Notes under the pieces: generated by a model
The model's input: the letters and a program-made list of their open reading frames with translations, nothing else
Told to the model about the DNA's origin: nothing
Databases searched by the model: none
Assembly (NCBI RefSeq): GCF_963921235.1
Contig: NC_086118.1
Location: forward strand, 51,646,001-51,710,000
Source of the DNA: Mobula hypostoma
Lineage: Eukaryota
Length of the DNA stretch: 64,000 nucleotides
Reading direction: 5' to 3'
Shown here: positions 24,486 to 37,492 of the stretch, piece after piece
How positions within the stretch are numbered: the first letter of the stretch is position 1
Layout of the letters: each line of letters begins with the position of its first letter
Made by a program: the position numbers and the translations under genes

Positions 24486-27240
24486 TAGATGGAATTGAAT
24501 GCAGGCATGTGCTAGGTGATGCACTTTGGTAGGACCAACAAGGGTAGATCTTACACAGTGAACAGTAGGGCACTGAGTGTTGTAGAATGAGGAGTGCGGT
24601 AGAACAAAGGATCTGGGAATACAGGTCCATAATTCGTTGAAAGTGACGTCACAGGAAGATAGGGTTGTAGAGATATTTTTGACACATTGGCATTCATAAA
24701 TCAGATTACTGAGTACAGGAGATGGGATGTTATGTTGATGCTGTATAAGACGTTGGTGAGAATCTAACTTGGAGTATTGTGAGCAGTTTTGGTCACATTC
24801 CTGCAGGAAATTTGTAAATAAGGTTGAAATTGTGAAAATTTACAAGGATGTTGTCGGGTCTGAAGGACCTGGGTTATAAGGGAAGATTGAGAATTGATAG
24901 AAGTATACAAAACTAAGAGGGGTCTGAAGGACCTGGGTTATAAGGGATAAGGTAAATGCAAGTAGTCTATTTCCACTGAGGTTGGGTGGGACTACAATCA
25001 TGAGTTAAGGGTGAAAGGTGATAAGTTTAAGGGGAACATGAGGGGAAACCTCTTCACTCAGAGGTTCATGAGAGTGTGGAATGAGCTGAGCTGCCAGTGC
25101 AAGTGGTGGGTGCGAGCTCGATTTCAATGTTTGAGCAAAGTTTGGATAGGTACGTGGATAGTAGGGGTATGGAGGGCTATGTTCTCAGTGCAGTTCGATG
25201 GGAGTAGGCAAATTAACTGTCTTTGGCATGGACTAGATGGGCCAAAGGGCCTGTTTCTGTGCTGCACTTTTCTATGACTATTTGTAACAAGCCAATTTAA
25301 TTACACAAATGTAAATAAACAGGAAAGTTCTAATAATCACAGCAGACACATGATTTCAAAATGACCAAGTTTGGGGTTCAAATAACTAACTTCTGGAAAA
25401 GCAAAATGGGAGAGAGGTTGGGTGGGCATAGTGGTTGGCACGGTACTTGACCATACCAGCGACCAGAGTTCGATACCCGCCATTGTCTGTAAGCATAGTG
25501 GTTGGCATGGCGCTCGACTGTGCCAGTGACCCAGGTTCAATTCCCACCACTGTCTGTAAGTGTAGTGGTTGGCAAAGCGCTTGACAGTACCAGTGACCAG
25601 GGTTTGATTCCCTGCATTGTCTGTGAGGAGTTTGTATGTTTCCCCCGTGACCACGTGGGTTTCCTCCGGGTGCTCCGGTTTCCTCCCACAGTCCAAAGAC
25701 ATGCCAGTTGCCAGGTTAATTGGTCACTGTAAATTGCCCTGTGATTAGGCTAGGGTCACACTGGGGGATTGCTGGGAGGTGTGACCCGAAGGGCTGGTAG
25801 GGACTGTTCCACACTGTATCTCAATCAATAAAAATAAAAAATGAATCACCCCGATATTACCGGGGTGAATGACTGTACCTCGCCAATCAAAAGGTAGAGC
25901 TGGTCTGGGTGGAGCAGGCGGGTGAAACACAGGTGATAGTTGCACAAAGATTCCTGAACAGGAGTGGTAAGGTACAGCATCAAGCAACTAGAGACCGTTG
26001 TAACCAGGGTTATACAGTAGTCATGAAGACTCAGTCTATAGGTAGACCAGATTAGCAGGAACAGTGCCAGGGACAGGAAAAAGCTGCGTAAGACCGTAAG
26101 ATCACCCTTCTGTCATGGGCAGCAGCCTCCCCAGCATCGAGGACATCTTGAAAAGGCATTCCCTCAAAAAGGAGGCATTGATCATTAAAGGCCCCCATTG
26201 CCCAGGACATGCCCTCTTCTCATTGTTACAATCAGAGAGGAGGTCAGCAACTGGAAGACACCTACTCAACGTTTTAGCCAGAGCTTCTCCTCTCTGCCAG
26301 CAGATTCCTGAAAGGACAAGGAACCCATGAACACTTCCTCACTATCCTGCTTTCTTCCCGCACTATATTAAAAAAATATTCTTATTGTAACTTATAGTTT
26401 ACTTTTTATGTATTGCTGCTACTAAACAAATTTCATGACATATGTCAGTGATAATAAAACTGATTCTGACCAGGGGGAACAGACCCTTTTTTTCACATCT
26501 AGTATTACATAATGAAGAAAGGATAATTAATGATCTGCTAGTTAAACCTGCTAACATGTCAGTAGTGGAAACACGTCGTCACATCAAGACTGAAGGTGAC
26601 CTGGTTCAATTTGCAGTCGGGTTCTTGATCTCAGCAAACTTCGAAGGAACGACACATGAACAGTGGACTGGGAACTGACACTGCAGATCTGAAGGTAACT
26701 GAGTGATGACTAACATTCAAAGAATTAATATGTGGTTTACAAGTCTTTCATGTCTCTTCAAAGAAGAGAAATTCATCAGGGAAAATGATCCAGCCCTGGC
26801 TAATAAGAGTTAAAGTTTGTATTCAATCAAAGGAAAAGGCAAACTATTGCAGAGAAAAATAAACAGCAAGCCTGAAGATGGAGAAGAGAATTTAGCAAAG
26901 TTAAGACTTTGATAAGGAACATCACTCGCTCTCCCACAATGTTCTCTCCTCTCTCCGTGGTGCTGAGGCTATGAAGACTGCCCCGGCTGCTGTGCTCCAT
27001 GTCCACTAGTATGATGAACTGATACCCAGGCTTTGGGCCTACGCCAGGGTTCAGATCCAAGGACTCATTTTGGTTCAGAATGTCGTGGCTCGCTCCTATT
27101 GTTTTCATGATTCATGTTTCTTCCCCCCCCCCCCACCTCCCGCCTTTCTCTTGCGCATCAGGATCCTCTTGGTTTTTGCGTCTTGGTTTTTTTTTAAAAT
27201 TGGGCTCTTTTGGGTTTTTTTGCTTTGTGACTGCCTGTAA

Positions 27241-27915
27241 GCATGCAAGTACAGCAGGCAGTGAAGAAAGCTAATGGCATGCTGGCCTTCATAACAAGGG
27301 GAATTGAGTATAAGAGCAAAGAGGTCCTTCTGCAGTTGTACAGGGCCCTGGTGAGACCACACCTGGAGTACTGTGTGCAGTTCTGGTCTCCAAATTTGAG
27401 GAAAGACATTCTTGCTATTGAGGGAGTGCAGCGTAGGTTCACAAGGTTAATTCCCGGGATGGCGGGACTGTCATATGTTGAAAGATTGGAGCGACTGGGC
27501 TTGTATACACTGGAATTTAGAAGGCTAAGAGGGGATCTTATTGAAACATATAAGATTATTAAGGGATTGGACACGCTGGAGGCAGGAAGCATGTTCCCGC
27601 TGATGGGTGAGTCCAGAACCAGAGGCCACAGTTTGAGAATAAGAGGTAGACCATTTAGAACGGAGTTGAGGAAAAACTTTTTCACCTAGAGAGTGGTGGA
27701 TATATGGAATGCTCTGCCCCAGAAGGCTGTGGAGGCCAAGTCTCTGGATGCTTTCAAAAAAGTGATGGATAGAGCTCTTAAAGATAGCGGAATCAAAGGT
27801 TATGGGGATAAGGCAGGAACTGGATACTGATTGTGGATGATCAGCCATGATCACAGTGAATGGTGGTGTTGGCTCAAAGGGCCGAATGGCCTACTCCTGC
27901 ACCTATTGTCTATCT
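27241..27915 (+). mobile_element. CR1 LINE 3' fragment
   Basis: ORF 27243-27689 is nearly identical to the C-terminal part of the CR1 at 1-1760. Confidence 0.9.
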
Positions 27916-30900
27916 CGAGGTTGTATAATTTATACATCATTCGGCAATAAACGCACTTAGAAACATGAAACTTTGAAAGTAGAACATACCAACATAGAAG
28001 AGTACGGCACAGTACAGGCCCTTCAGCCCAAGATGTCGTGCTGACCCCTTAACTTACTCTTAAGATCAATCTAACCTTTCCCTCCTACATAGCCCAACAT
28101 TTTTCTAACATCCATATACCTATCTTAATATACTGTATCTGCATCTGCCACCTCCCCTAACAGGGGGTTCCATGCACCCACTACTGTATAAAATGAAAAC
28201 CTACCTCTGACATCCCCCTGTATTTTCTTCCAATCACCTTAAAAGTACACCCTCTAGTATTAGCCATTTCTGCCCTGGCTTCCACTCTATCTAAAGTGCT
28301 AGTTGTCTATTGCTCCTCCAACCTGAGCGTGAGTGTAGAGGGGACTGTGGCCCGACATGTCAGAATGGGAGTGGGAAGTTGAATCGAAATGGGTGGCTAT
28401 TTTCCGGTTGCTCAAATCAACAAGATTTAAGCAGCATCTTAAAGGCAGTTTTGACAAGATTTAGGGAGGGAATACCATTGGGAACTGGGGTTAATTGGTC
28501 AATAGAAGATCTAAGCTGGCTGAGGTCTTGAAGAGAAAAGATCGGGAGGGAACTGATAGAACAAAGGATTTTAAAGGGCAGAGCTGCTGCCAGGGGCAGA
28601 TTAACAAAGTAAATGAGGGGTTCTTGCCCGAGATGTTTCTAACCAAGATGTTCATTTAGGTCATGGCTCAGAATCGGTTGTCTTTTATGTTCATAAGAAT
28701 GGTTTTACTGTACAGCACAGGAGGGTTTAGTGACAGGGATGTGGGGGAGTTAGAGGTCAGGGGTCGGAGTGCTTTGCGGTCAGAAGGCCAGTGATCCCCA
28801 AGTGTGCAGGTTAGGTCAGCAGGCGCTGAGGATGTGGAAGAGCTACTGTTACGTACAAGAGAAAATCTGGAGATGCTGGAAATCCAAGGCAACACACAGA
28901 AAGTGCTGGAGGAACTCAGCAGGCCAGGCAGCATCTATGGAAAGTAAGAGTACAGATGCCGTTTCAGGCCGAGACCCTTCGTGTTGTTTTGCTGAACATC
29001 ACTGGCATGTTACGTTGGTGCTGGAAGCATGGCAATACTTGTGGGCTGCCCCCAGCACATCCTCAGATTATGTCGGGTGTTAGAGGGAGAATGGTAAAAC
29101 TCCACACATTCAGCACCTCGGGTCGGGATTGCACCCGAAAGTCATCGGTCATTCAGCCCATCGAGTCCGCTCGGCCATTCCAGCAGAACCGGTTTTTCCC
29201 CCAACCCCATTCTCCAATCTTCTCCCCGTAACCCCTAACCCCCTTACCAACCTCTACCTTGATTGTACCCTGTGACTTGGCCTCCACAACCCCCTGTGGC
29301 AAAGACTTCCACAGATGCATCACCCTCTGAAGAAATTCCTCCTCGTCCCAGTTTTAAAGGGACATCCCTTTATCCCGAGGCTCCTCGGATCCTAGACTCT
29401 CCAACAAATGGAAACATCCTCTCCATGTCCACCCGATCCAGGCCTTTTGGTATCCAATACATTTCAATGAGATGCACCCCTCCTCCCAGCCTTCTGAACT
29501 CCATTGACAAAAGACATAGAATTAAACTATTCAGCCCATCGAGTCTGCTCAGAGACATCCAAAGCCCTCGGATACTGGTGCGGTGAGGTAACATCTCTAC
29601 TTATCACCATTATGTGTTGTGCCATATGACATCAGCATTATGCACCATGTTGTATGACATCATCATCATGTGTCATGTTGTATGACATCATTATGTGCCG
29701 TGTTGTATGACATGGGCAATCACGGTCTTGACCTTGATTGTTCTTGGCAAATTTTTTCTACAGAAGTGGTTTGCCATTGCTTTCCTCTGGTCAACATCTT
29801 GACAAGATGGGTGACGCCAGCCATTATCAATACAGTACTCTTCAGGGATTGTCTGCCTGGCGTCAGTGGTCGCATAACCAGCCCCTGCGATATGCACGAG
29901 CTACTTGTACGACCACCCACCCCCTGACCCCGATCGGGGAGGGGGGGGTGGTGGAGGGGCTAAGCAGGTGCCACACCTCGCCTGAGGGTGACCTGCAGGC
30001 TAGCGGATGGAAGGAGCACCTTACCCCTCATTTGGTAGAGAACTATCTCCACCCCGCCACTCTACCAGCTGTTGCATAGTGCTGCCCAGTCACTGCACAC
30101 TTCCTTCTCCTGGAATCTTGCTGTGCACAACCTAGTAGGCATGTCTCCCTCAGAGATCAGGCTCCCCCCCCCCCATGTTAAAGGTTTAATACAAATACAG
30201 TCTCACTGTTTAAATGTTGTAACTTTAAAAACATGCACTCTTTGCAGGTTTATACGTGCAAGCTGGCTTGTTCATTGAAGAAGTTATCTTCCACACACAG
30301 GGAGTGCTTTATCTGACTGTGTCTGGCAGCAGCTGAGTCCTCTGTATTGTCGGCGTGGCTGTCTGTGTTTGATAAGGTGCCGTTGCTCCCTCTGTCTGTG
30401 GTAATTTAGTACAGCTCCTTCCCATCGCAGCCCGGCTGAGGGCTGCTCTTTCTCCGGGTGGGCACCTCCAATCCCGGGAGCTGTGTGCGCGCACAGCAAG
30501 GCTGCCCGGAACAGATCGCAGCATGGAGTTCGGGGTGGGGGGGCCTGTCAGAAGGCCAACTCCGGCCAGCCCAGGCCGCAGAAGAGGGCGTGCCTCTCCT
30601 GGAGGGATCCGGCGAGTTAGCAGGCAGGTGGAGCAAAAGGCTGGGTTCAGATTCATTTACTCATAACCCTTACAGTGAAGCACACAGCGAAATGCGTGAC
30701 TTGTGTTAACAACCAGCACAACCGAAGGATGTGGTAGGGGCAGCGTGCAGGCGTTGCCACAGATTCTGCAGCCACACGGCCTCCTTACCAAGTTCAGCAG
30801 AATAACATAAGCAGCAGCTGCGGCAAAACAGGCCCCTCTCCCATCCACTCATACAGACAGGCCTTCCAACCACAGGGCAGGCTGCCTCTGGGCCTCTGAG

Positions 30901-31984
30901 AGTGCCTGGCCCACAACTGCAACTCACAGATCCCTGACCTCAGGACGGGCCGACTCGGGGGGGCCTCGGGCCTACGCCTCCAACACTCGCCAGCTTCGGT
31001 CTTTGACCCTGAAGTTTCAGCCTCCAGACCTTGCCGACCTCTGGATACTGACCCTAGGCCTTGCTGATCATGGGATTTTGACCTCCGGGCCTTGCATGGA
31101 CCTCCGACCCCAGGACTCGCTGACCTGGGAGGAGAGAAGGACACCGCCCATTGTGCCTCCTGCCCGCACGGACTACTGACCCCGGCCTTGCTGACCCTGG
31201 GGTGGGGGTCATCCTCAGGGCCCGCTGACCTCTGTCACTGACCACAGGTCCAGTGGCCTTTATTGCAAGAGGGTTGCGGTTTACAAAATAGGGAAATGTT
31301 TACAGCTGGGGGACTGCGTACAGTTTTGTTCCCTTTATTTAAGAAAGTATTCAGTGGCCTCTGAGGTAGAAGAGACTCTCTCAATTCCTGGCACGAGCTG
31401 GTCATCCAGTCGCGAGCAGCTGAAAAGATTAGATCGATGTTCCTCCGAGTTTAGAAGAATGAGGGAGCGATATTATTGAAACATTACGACCTTCAGAAAG
31501 CACCTGACAGAGTAGATGTGGATACGCTTCCAGAGGTGGGAGAACTTTGAACAACAGAACAGAGTTATAAAGGCGAGGGGGTGTTTACTTAACATTGAGA
31601 TGCTTGGGAAAAAAATTTTTGCACAGGATGACCCCTGTTTTAAACAAACCCAATAGCTCGGCCTCCAAGCCCCCTGTGGCAGAAAATTCCACAGATTCAC
31701 CACCCTCTGGATAAAGAAATTTCTCCTTATCTCTGTTCTAAAAGGACATCCTTCTACTCTGAGGCTGTGCCCTCTGGTCTTAGACTCTCCCACGACCGGA
31801 AACGTCCTCTGCACGTCCACTCTATCTAGGCCTTTCAGTATTCGACAGATTTCAATGCAATCTTCCCCTCGTTCCTCTAAACTCCACCAAGTACAGACCC
31901 AGAGTCCTCAAGTGCTCTTCATATGTTAACCATTTCATTCCTAGAGTCAAATCAGATGGACAACCGCGCCATTGTGCACAGCCT

Positions 31985-32556
31985 TCACAGCTGGTTGTAC
32001 AGGGGCCTGCACTGAGGGTCCAGCTTGTAGGAGCCCTGGTCTTCCAGCACGCCTTCGGGAGCGCACACCCAGGGGTCGTCAGTCAGCCACTGCCACTTTT
32101 TCAGCTGCCCCCTCATGTCCTCCAGCACCTTCTGATACTGGGGGTCAGAGGCGAGGTTGTGGGTCTCGACCGGGTCCGCCTGCAGGTCGAAGAGTTCCCA
32201 CTGCTCTCGGTAGTAGTACTGGTGCAGGGACTTCTTCCAGTGGACCGGCAGGCCGGAGGTGGTGCGGTTCAGCAGGTCCTGGAAGGTGGGAGAGAGGTAG
32301 AAGTCCTGGTCGATGGGGAAAGGCATCTTGAAGTGAAGGTTGTGGACCAGGCGGAACTGGAGGTGCTGAAGAGCCCTCATGGGGTAATACATGGTGACCT
32401 CGTGGTGACTCTGACTGGCGTAGGCCGTTTGCCAGGGCTGCTCGGAGCTCAGGGCCGGAAGAATGGACTTGCCGGTTAGATGTACCGTCTTCTTCCCGAA
32501 GATACTGTAGGCGGGATAAGGGACAGACAACCAGTCCAGGATAGTCGGAGTTATAT
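31985..32556 (-). CDS. SGSH: SGSH exon 8 (terminal coding exon)
   Basis: (D)[14 protein letters not shown]...[14 protein letters not shown]...[30 protein letters not shown]. The eight exons sum to 1533 nt (510 aa plus stop) with consistent phases. Confidence 0.97.
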
Positions 32557-32659
32557 CTGCAGAAGCAATGATCAAGACGATTTAATTTTTTAATTACGAG
32601 ATACAGAACGTTAACGGGCCCTTCTGGCCTACAAGCTCATGCTGCTCAATTCCACCAAC

Positions 32660-33055
32660 GTGACCAATTAACCTGCTGACCGGTACGTCGTTGGAAAGTG
32701 CGAGGAAATCAGGGCGCCCGGGGGGGGTAAACCCACGCGGTCAAGGGGAGAACGCACAAACTCCCTACGGGGGACGGTGCGATTCCAACCCGGGTTGCGG
32801 TCGCCCGTACTGTGAAGCATTGTGCTAAACACTACGCGGCCGTGCCGCCTCACAGTAGCGCAATGGCACATCGTACACGTTACCAATTAATCTACCAGCC
32901 CGTCCGTCTTTGGAAAGTGGGAGGAAATCAGAGCACCCGGGGGAAAGCCCAGTCACGGTGAGAATGTACAAACCCCTTACAGGCAGCACAGGAATCGAAC
33001 CCCTGTGGCTGGTGTTATAAAGTGTTACACTAACTGCTACACTACCACGCCGCTA
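32660..33055 (-). mobile_element. Two tandem V-SINE/HE1-like SINEs (family also at ~5930-6120, 15670-15900, 25560-25830, 39110-39700, 44120-44390, 47310-47490, 59810-60060)
   Basis: Variants of the V-SINE core GGGTTTCCTCCGGGTGCTCCGGTTTCCTCCCAC with tRNA-like heads. Confidence 0.75.
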
Positions 33056-33894
33056 ATATCTCTTTACTTATGACAAAACATCTGTGAATACGGTCCTCTG
33101 TAAAAATCTTAGGCACACGTATATAGCTCGGGTGCCTAAGACTTTTGCAGAGCACTGTAGTAATTTTACGTATCGCACTGTACTGCTGCAGCAAAAAAAA
33201 GCAAATTCAATGACATATATGAGTGATGATAAACCTGATTCTGATCTGGGTCTCTATTGTGGGCTGACAGTGGGAAGAGGGCAGGGAGAGGGGAATCATG
33301 GTTGGGAAAAAGGGGAAGGGAGCGGGAAGCACCGGAGAGACATTCTGTAAAGATCGATAAACCGATTGTTTGGACCTTGCCTGGTGTCTCAGGGCCGGAT
33401 GTTTCTCCCAGCACCAGCACCCGTCTCACACCCTCCCACGGCACTCCACCCTCCCCATCCCCAACGCGCCTTGCTCCCGCCAGATTCACAAACTCGCTCT
33501 CCGCACCATGCTGACAAATGCAGTGTGTACAAGAGTCTAAGTCTAGTTACATGCTGTACATGCGCCTAACGCTGTTGCACAGGACCGTACATCTCCGTAT
33601 AAACAACAGGAAAGACCTGGGTGCCTGGTCAAGGGTTGAGAAGAGGGACGGAGCTACGAGGAGACGTTGGAAAAACTTGTTTCCTCTGAGAGGGGACTGG
33701 ACAGATGTTGATAAGGGTACGAGAGGTACAGATAGAGAAGCAGTCATGTTTTCTCCAGGATCAAAATATCTAATAATAGACAACATGCATTTAAGGTGGG
33801 GGAGGGGTGGGAGGGGGGAATAATTCAAAGAAATGTGTGGGCAGGAGTTTACTTTCTTTAAAAACAGTTTTGGAATGCACTGCCAGGGGCATAG

Positions 33895-34150
33895 TGGTGG
33901 TGAACGCTATAAGGGTGCAGTGGTGAACGCGCCAGGGGTGTGGTGGTGGTGAACGCGCCAGGGGTGTGGTGGTGAACGCGCCAGGGGTGTGGTGGTGGTG
34001 AATGCGCCAGGGGTGTGGTGGTGAACGCGCCAGGGGTGTGGTGGTGGTGAACGCGCCAGGGGTGTGGTGGTGAACGCGCCAGGGGTGTGGTGGTGGTGAA
34101 CGCGCCAGGGGTGTGGTGGTGAACGCGCCGGGGGTGTGGTGGTGGTGAAC
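33895..34150. repeat. G-rich minisatellite, 21/24-bp units, ~11 copies (SGSH intron 7)
   Basis: GGGGTGTGGTGGTG(GTG)AACGCGCCA repeated. Confidence 0.95.
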
Positions 34151-35199
34151 GTGATAGGGGTGTTTTGATAGGCACACGAATATGGAGAGAATGATCATAC
34201 GATATAGGAAAAAAATTAGGCCATTCAGCCCATCAAATCTGCTCCACCATTCCATCATGGCTGATTTATTATCCCTCTCAACCCCATTCTCCTGGTAATC
34301 TTTGACACCCTGACCTTATCAAGAAGTGTTCAACCTCCACTTTAAACATACCCAATAACTTGGCCTCCGCAGCCACCTGTGGCAAGAATTCCATGGTCTC
34401 ACTACCCTCTAGTAAAAGAAATTCCTCCTCACCTCTGTTCTAAATGAACATCTCTCTAGTCTGACATTGTAGCCTCTGGTCCTGGGCTCCCCTTCTGTAG
34501 GAAACATTCTCCCCACATCCACTCTATCTAGGCCTTTCAATATTCAATAGGTTTCAGTGAGATCCCCCCCCCCACACCATTCTCCTAAACTCCAGAGAGT
34601 ACAGGCCCAGAGCCATCAAATGCTCCTCGGATATTAACCCTTTCAATCTCATGAACCTCCTCAGGAGCCTCTGAATGGAGGCATATGGACATTGGACACT
34701 GAGTAGGCAGAAACCATCAGGTTAGTTAGCCAGTTTTGCAGAATCAGGTGAACGATCACCGCCATATCTTATGAAATTTGTTGTTTTGCAGCAGCTGTAC
34801 ATTACAATACATAAAGTATACTACAAATTACAACAGCAGAAAATGAAATAATGCATAAGACAGCAAAATAGTGGGGTAGAGTTCATGAATGGAAACAGCG
34901 TTTTCCCCCAGGCCGTGAGAGTACTGAGCTCCCTCCCCCCACTCATACCTCATTCCCAATCAAACACCACTGGCAATAAAACATTCACTTTTTAACTTGT
35001 GCCGTAAATGCACCTTCTAACCTGTTAATTTATTTGTGGTGATATTACTTTATACGTTGTGTCAGAGTGAGAGTGAGAGAGAGAGCGCGCGCGCGCACGT
35101 GAGCGGGAGACAAAGCTATATGTACTGTGTTGTGCACCTTGGTCTGAAAGAACATTGTTTCAATTGATGGTGTACACGTGAACGATTGAATGACAATGA

Positions 35200-35850
35200 A
35201 CTGAATTTGAACGTGAAAACTCTGGCGGGAGGAGAGAGAGCAGCGCACCGCGCGTGCGCAGCCCTCCGGTGAAAAATGTATCGTATCCGTTAAATAGAGG
35301 CCGTGGACAATTCTGATTTGATGGAGACGGACATGAAAGCACAGAGGAACATCTGGAGAAATTTTTGAAACGCTCGTTTGCTGCTGGCGTTACTGCGCAG
35401 TCGGGAATCTTTCGGAGGGTAGGCCTCAAAATCCCTGGCTTTGCCTGCTGTTGGTGACCGAGATCGAGGTCGAATCGTTCAGACAGAGATGGCGCTCACT
35501 GCTCGGTGTCAGAGAGCTGATCAGAGCTCGAAGTTTTCGGATGACTCAGAGTCGGACCATGGTCGGGCATGGCAGGGAGAGGTTTTCTTCCTTCTCCCAT
35601 CTGCGTGAGATGTGGGACACTTGAGAGACTTTGAACTTTTACTGTGACCATGGCCTGTTCTTCATCAAGTTATGGGATTGTTGCACTGTTGTAACTATAT
35701 GTTATAATTATGTGGTTTTGTCAGTTTTTTCAGTCTTGGTCTGTTCTGTGTTTTGTGATATCACACCGGAGGAAATATTGTATCATTTCTTAATGCATGC
35801 ATTACTAAATGACAACAAAAGAGGACTGTGTGTCTTCATAATCTAAATCC
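35200..35850 (+). mobile_element. Unclassified interspersed repeat (related copies at ~47530-48285 and, reversed tail, ~19735-19960)
   Basis: Shared blocks ctgatttgatggagacggac, gcacagaggaacatctgg, gcactgttgtaactatatgttataatta and the tail ...cataatctaa. Confidence 0.7.
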
Positions 35851-36055
35851 AGCGGTGGAGGGGGAAGAAGAACTAGTTTAATTAGTTTGGCACAACACAG
35901 GGGTCCGACTGGCCTGTCACCAAGCTGTACTGTTCTGTTTTCTATGTAATAATAAATGAAAAGGAGGAACACCCTGCCCGTGGGGAAGGGGAGGTACATT
36001 GACGGGGACCGAGGCTTTAGGCCCTGTTATCCCGCTGCCCCGAGCCACCACGTAC

Positions 36056-36259
36056 CCAGCAGGCTGACGAAGGACCGGCTGATCTGACCCCATCGCTCCG
36101 GGTGGTCCGGAGAGTGGACCAACATGGGCTCGGCAACTCCAGGCCGGTACAGGTTGGTCCTCCCATTGGGAAAGGGGATCCCATTGTCCGAACTGTAGAT
36201 CACCAGCGTGTCCTCGGCGTGGCCAGCCCCTGACAGTTCCTCCAGCACCAGCCCAATTC
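36056..36259 (-). CDS. SGSH: SGSH exon 7 (204 nt)
   Basis: [68 protein letters not shown], with the SDNG metal-binding motif. cag|...|gtacg. Confidence 0.96.
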
Positions 36260-36958
36260 CTGCGAAAAGGATGAGCGGATAGGTCAAAGTTCAAAGTAAG
36301 CTGATCATCGATGCAAGAGATGCTGCGGGGGCTAGAAAAACAGAGTGACACGCACAAAATGCTGGGGGAACTCAGCAGGTTGGGCAGCATCTATGCAGAG
36401 GAATAAACAATTGACACCCTTCATCAAGACTGGAAAGGAAAGGGGGGAACAGCCAGAATAAGAACGGGGCGATAGGTGAAGCCTGGTGAGGGGAGAAGGT
36501 GGGTGCGTGGGAGAGGGGTGATGAAGTAAGAAGCTGGGAGGTGATTGGTGGAAAAGGTAAAGGGTTGAAGAAGGAGGAATCTGATAGGAGAGGAGAGTGG
36601 ACCATGGGAGAAAGGGAAGGAGGAGGCGAACCGGAGGGAAGTGTGGGCAGGTGAGGTGAGGAGGAGCAAGAAAGGAAATGGGAATTCATTTCCTTGCAGG
36701 CGTTTGCAAGAGAAAAGAAAAACAGTGGAATTTTATGAAAGGCATACAGAAACAAGATCAAGATTCGAGTTTATTTATGGTGTGTGCATTGAAACGTAGT
36801 GAAATGCATGGTTTGCGTTCACAACCAACACACTCGAGGATGTGCCAGGGGCAGCCCACAAGTGTGGCCACTCTCTCCGGCACCAACGTAGCAAGCAAGC
36901 CCACAGCGCTCGGCAGAACAACACAGAACACAAGAAGCAACAAAACTACAGCAGCAAA

Positions 36959-37220
36959 NNNNNNNNNNNNNNNNNNNNNNNNNNNNNNNNNNNNNNNNNN
37001 NNNNNNNNNNNNNNNNNNNNNNNNNNNNNNNNNNNNNNNNNNNNNNNNNNNNNNNNNNNNNNNNNNNNNNNNNNNNNNNNNNNNNNNNNNNNNNNNNNNN
37101 NNNNNNNNNNNNNNNNNNNNNNNNNNNNNNNNNNNNNNNNNNNNNNNNNNNNNNNNNNNNNNNNNNNNNNNNNNNNNNNNNNNNNNNNNNNNNNNNNNNN
37201 NNNNNNNNNNNNNNNNNNNC
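36959..37220. other. Assembly gap (262 N) in SGSH intron 6
   Basis: Run of N. All eight SGSH exons are accounted for outside it. Confidence 1.
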
Positions 37221-37410
37221 CAGGAAAGGCCGTCTTTCGGCTGGAATTGGACTTGCGCAAAGACTGACAAACAACTGAAGTACGAAAGAGGACAGACTGG
37301 GAACATGCGCCGGACAAGTCCCGGAAAGCGAGCCTGCAGGCTGCAGAGCCAGTCCAGAGCGGTGGTGGTTGGAGTCACCCGCGATGGTTTGGGAGCTTGA
37401 GGTCACTGAC

Positions 37411-37492
37411 CTTGGTCGAGACGGCTGATGGTGGTATACTGCGCAGCCAGGTCAGCACGGGACGCTGGCGTGTCCGGCAGGAAGGGAGGCAC
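37411..37492 (-). CDS. SGSH: SGSH exon 6 (82 nt)
   Basis: [27 protein letters not shown](G). cag|...|gtcag. Confidence 0.95.

Larger units (their letters stand above)
19100..25280 (+). mobile_element. Near full-length, decayed CR1 LINE (ORF1 zinc-finger/GDSL esterase plus ORF2) with nested insertions
   Basis: ORF1 motifs VVIGDSLVRG, CCLPGARVRD and VVVHVGT. ORF2 motifs ALWVEL, YRPPN, DKSPGPD, QGSVLG, FADDTKI and GNLFTQR, in order but frameshifted. Boundaries approximate. Confidence 0.85.

Noticed and set aside
25875-26015. Patchy similarity to the NPB mature-peptide coding sequence (ctcctgttcaggaatc)
   Set aside because: Needs several indels, spacing is wrong, and it is consistent with chance.
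29109-29129. REST/NRSE-like site TTCAGCACC upstream of NPB
   Set aside because: Only the left half-site matches. The GGACAG right half is absent.
36678-37406. ORFs containing long X runs
   Set aside because: Artefacts of the N gap.
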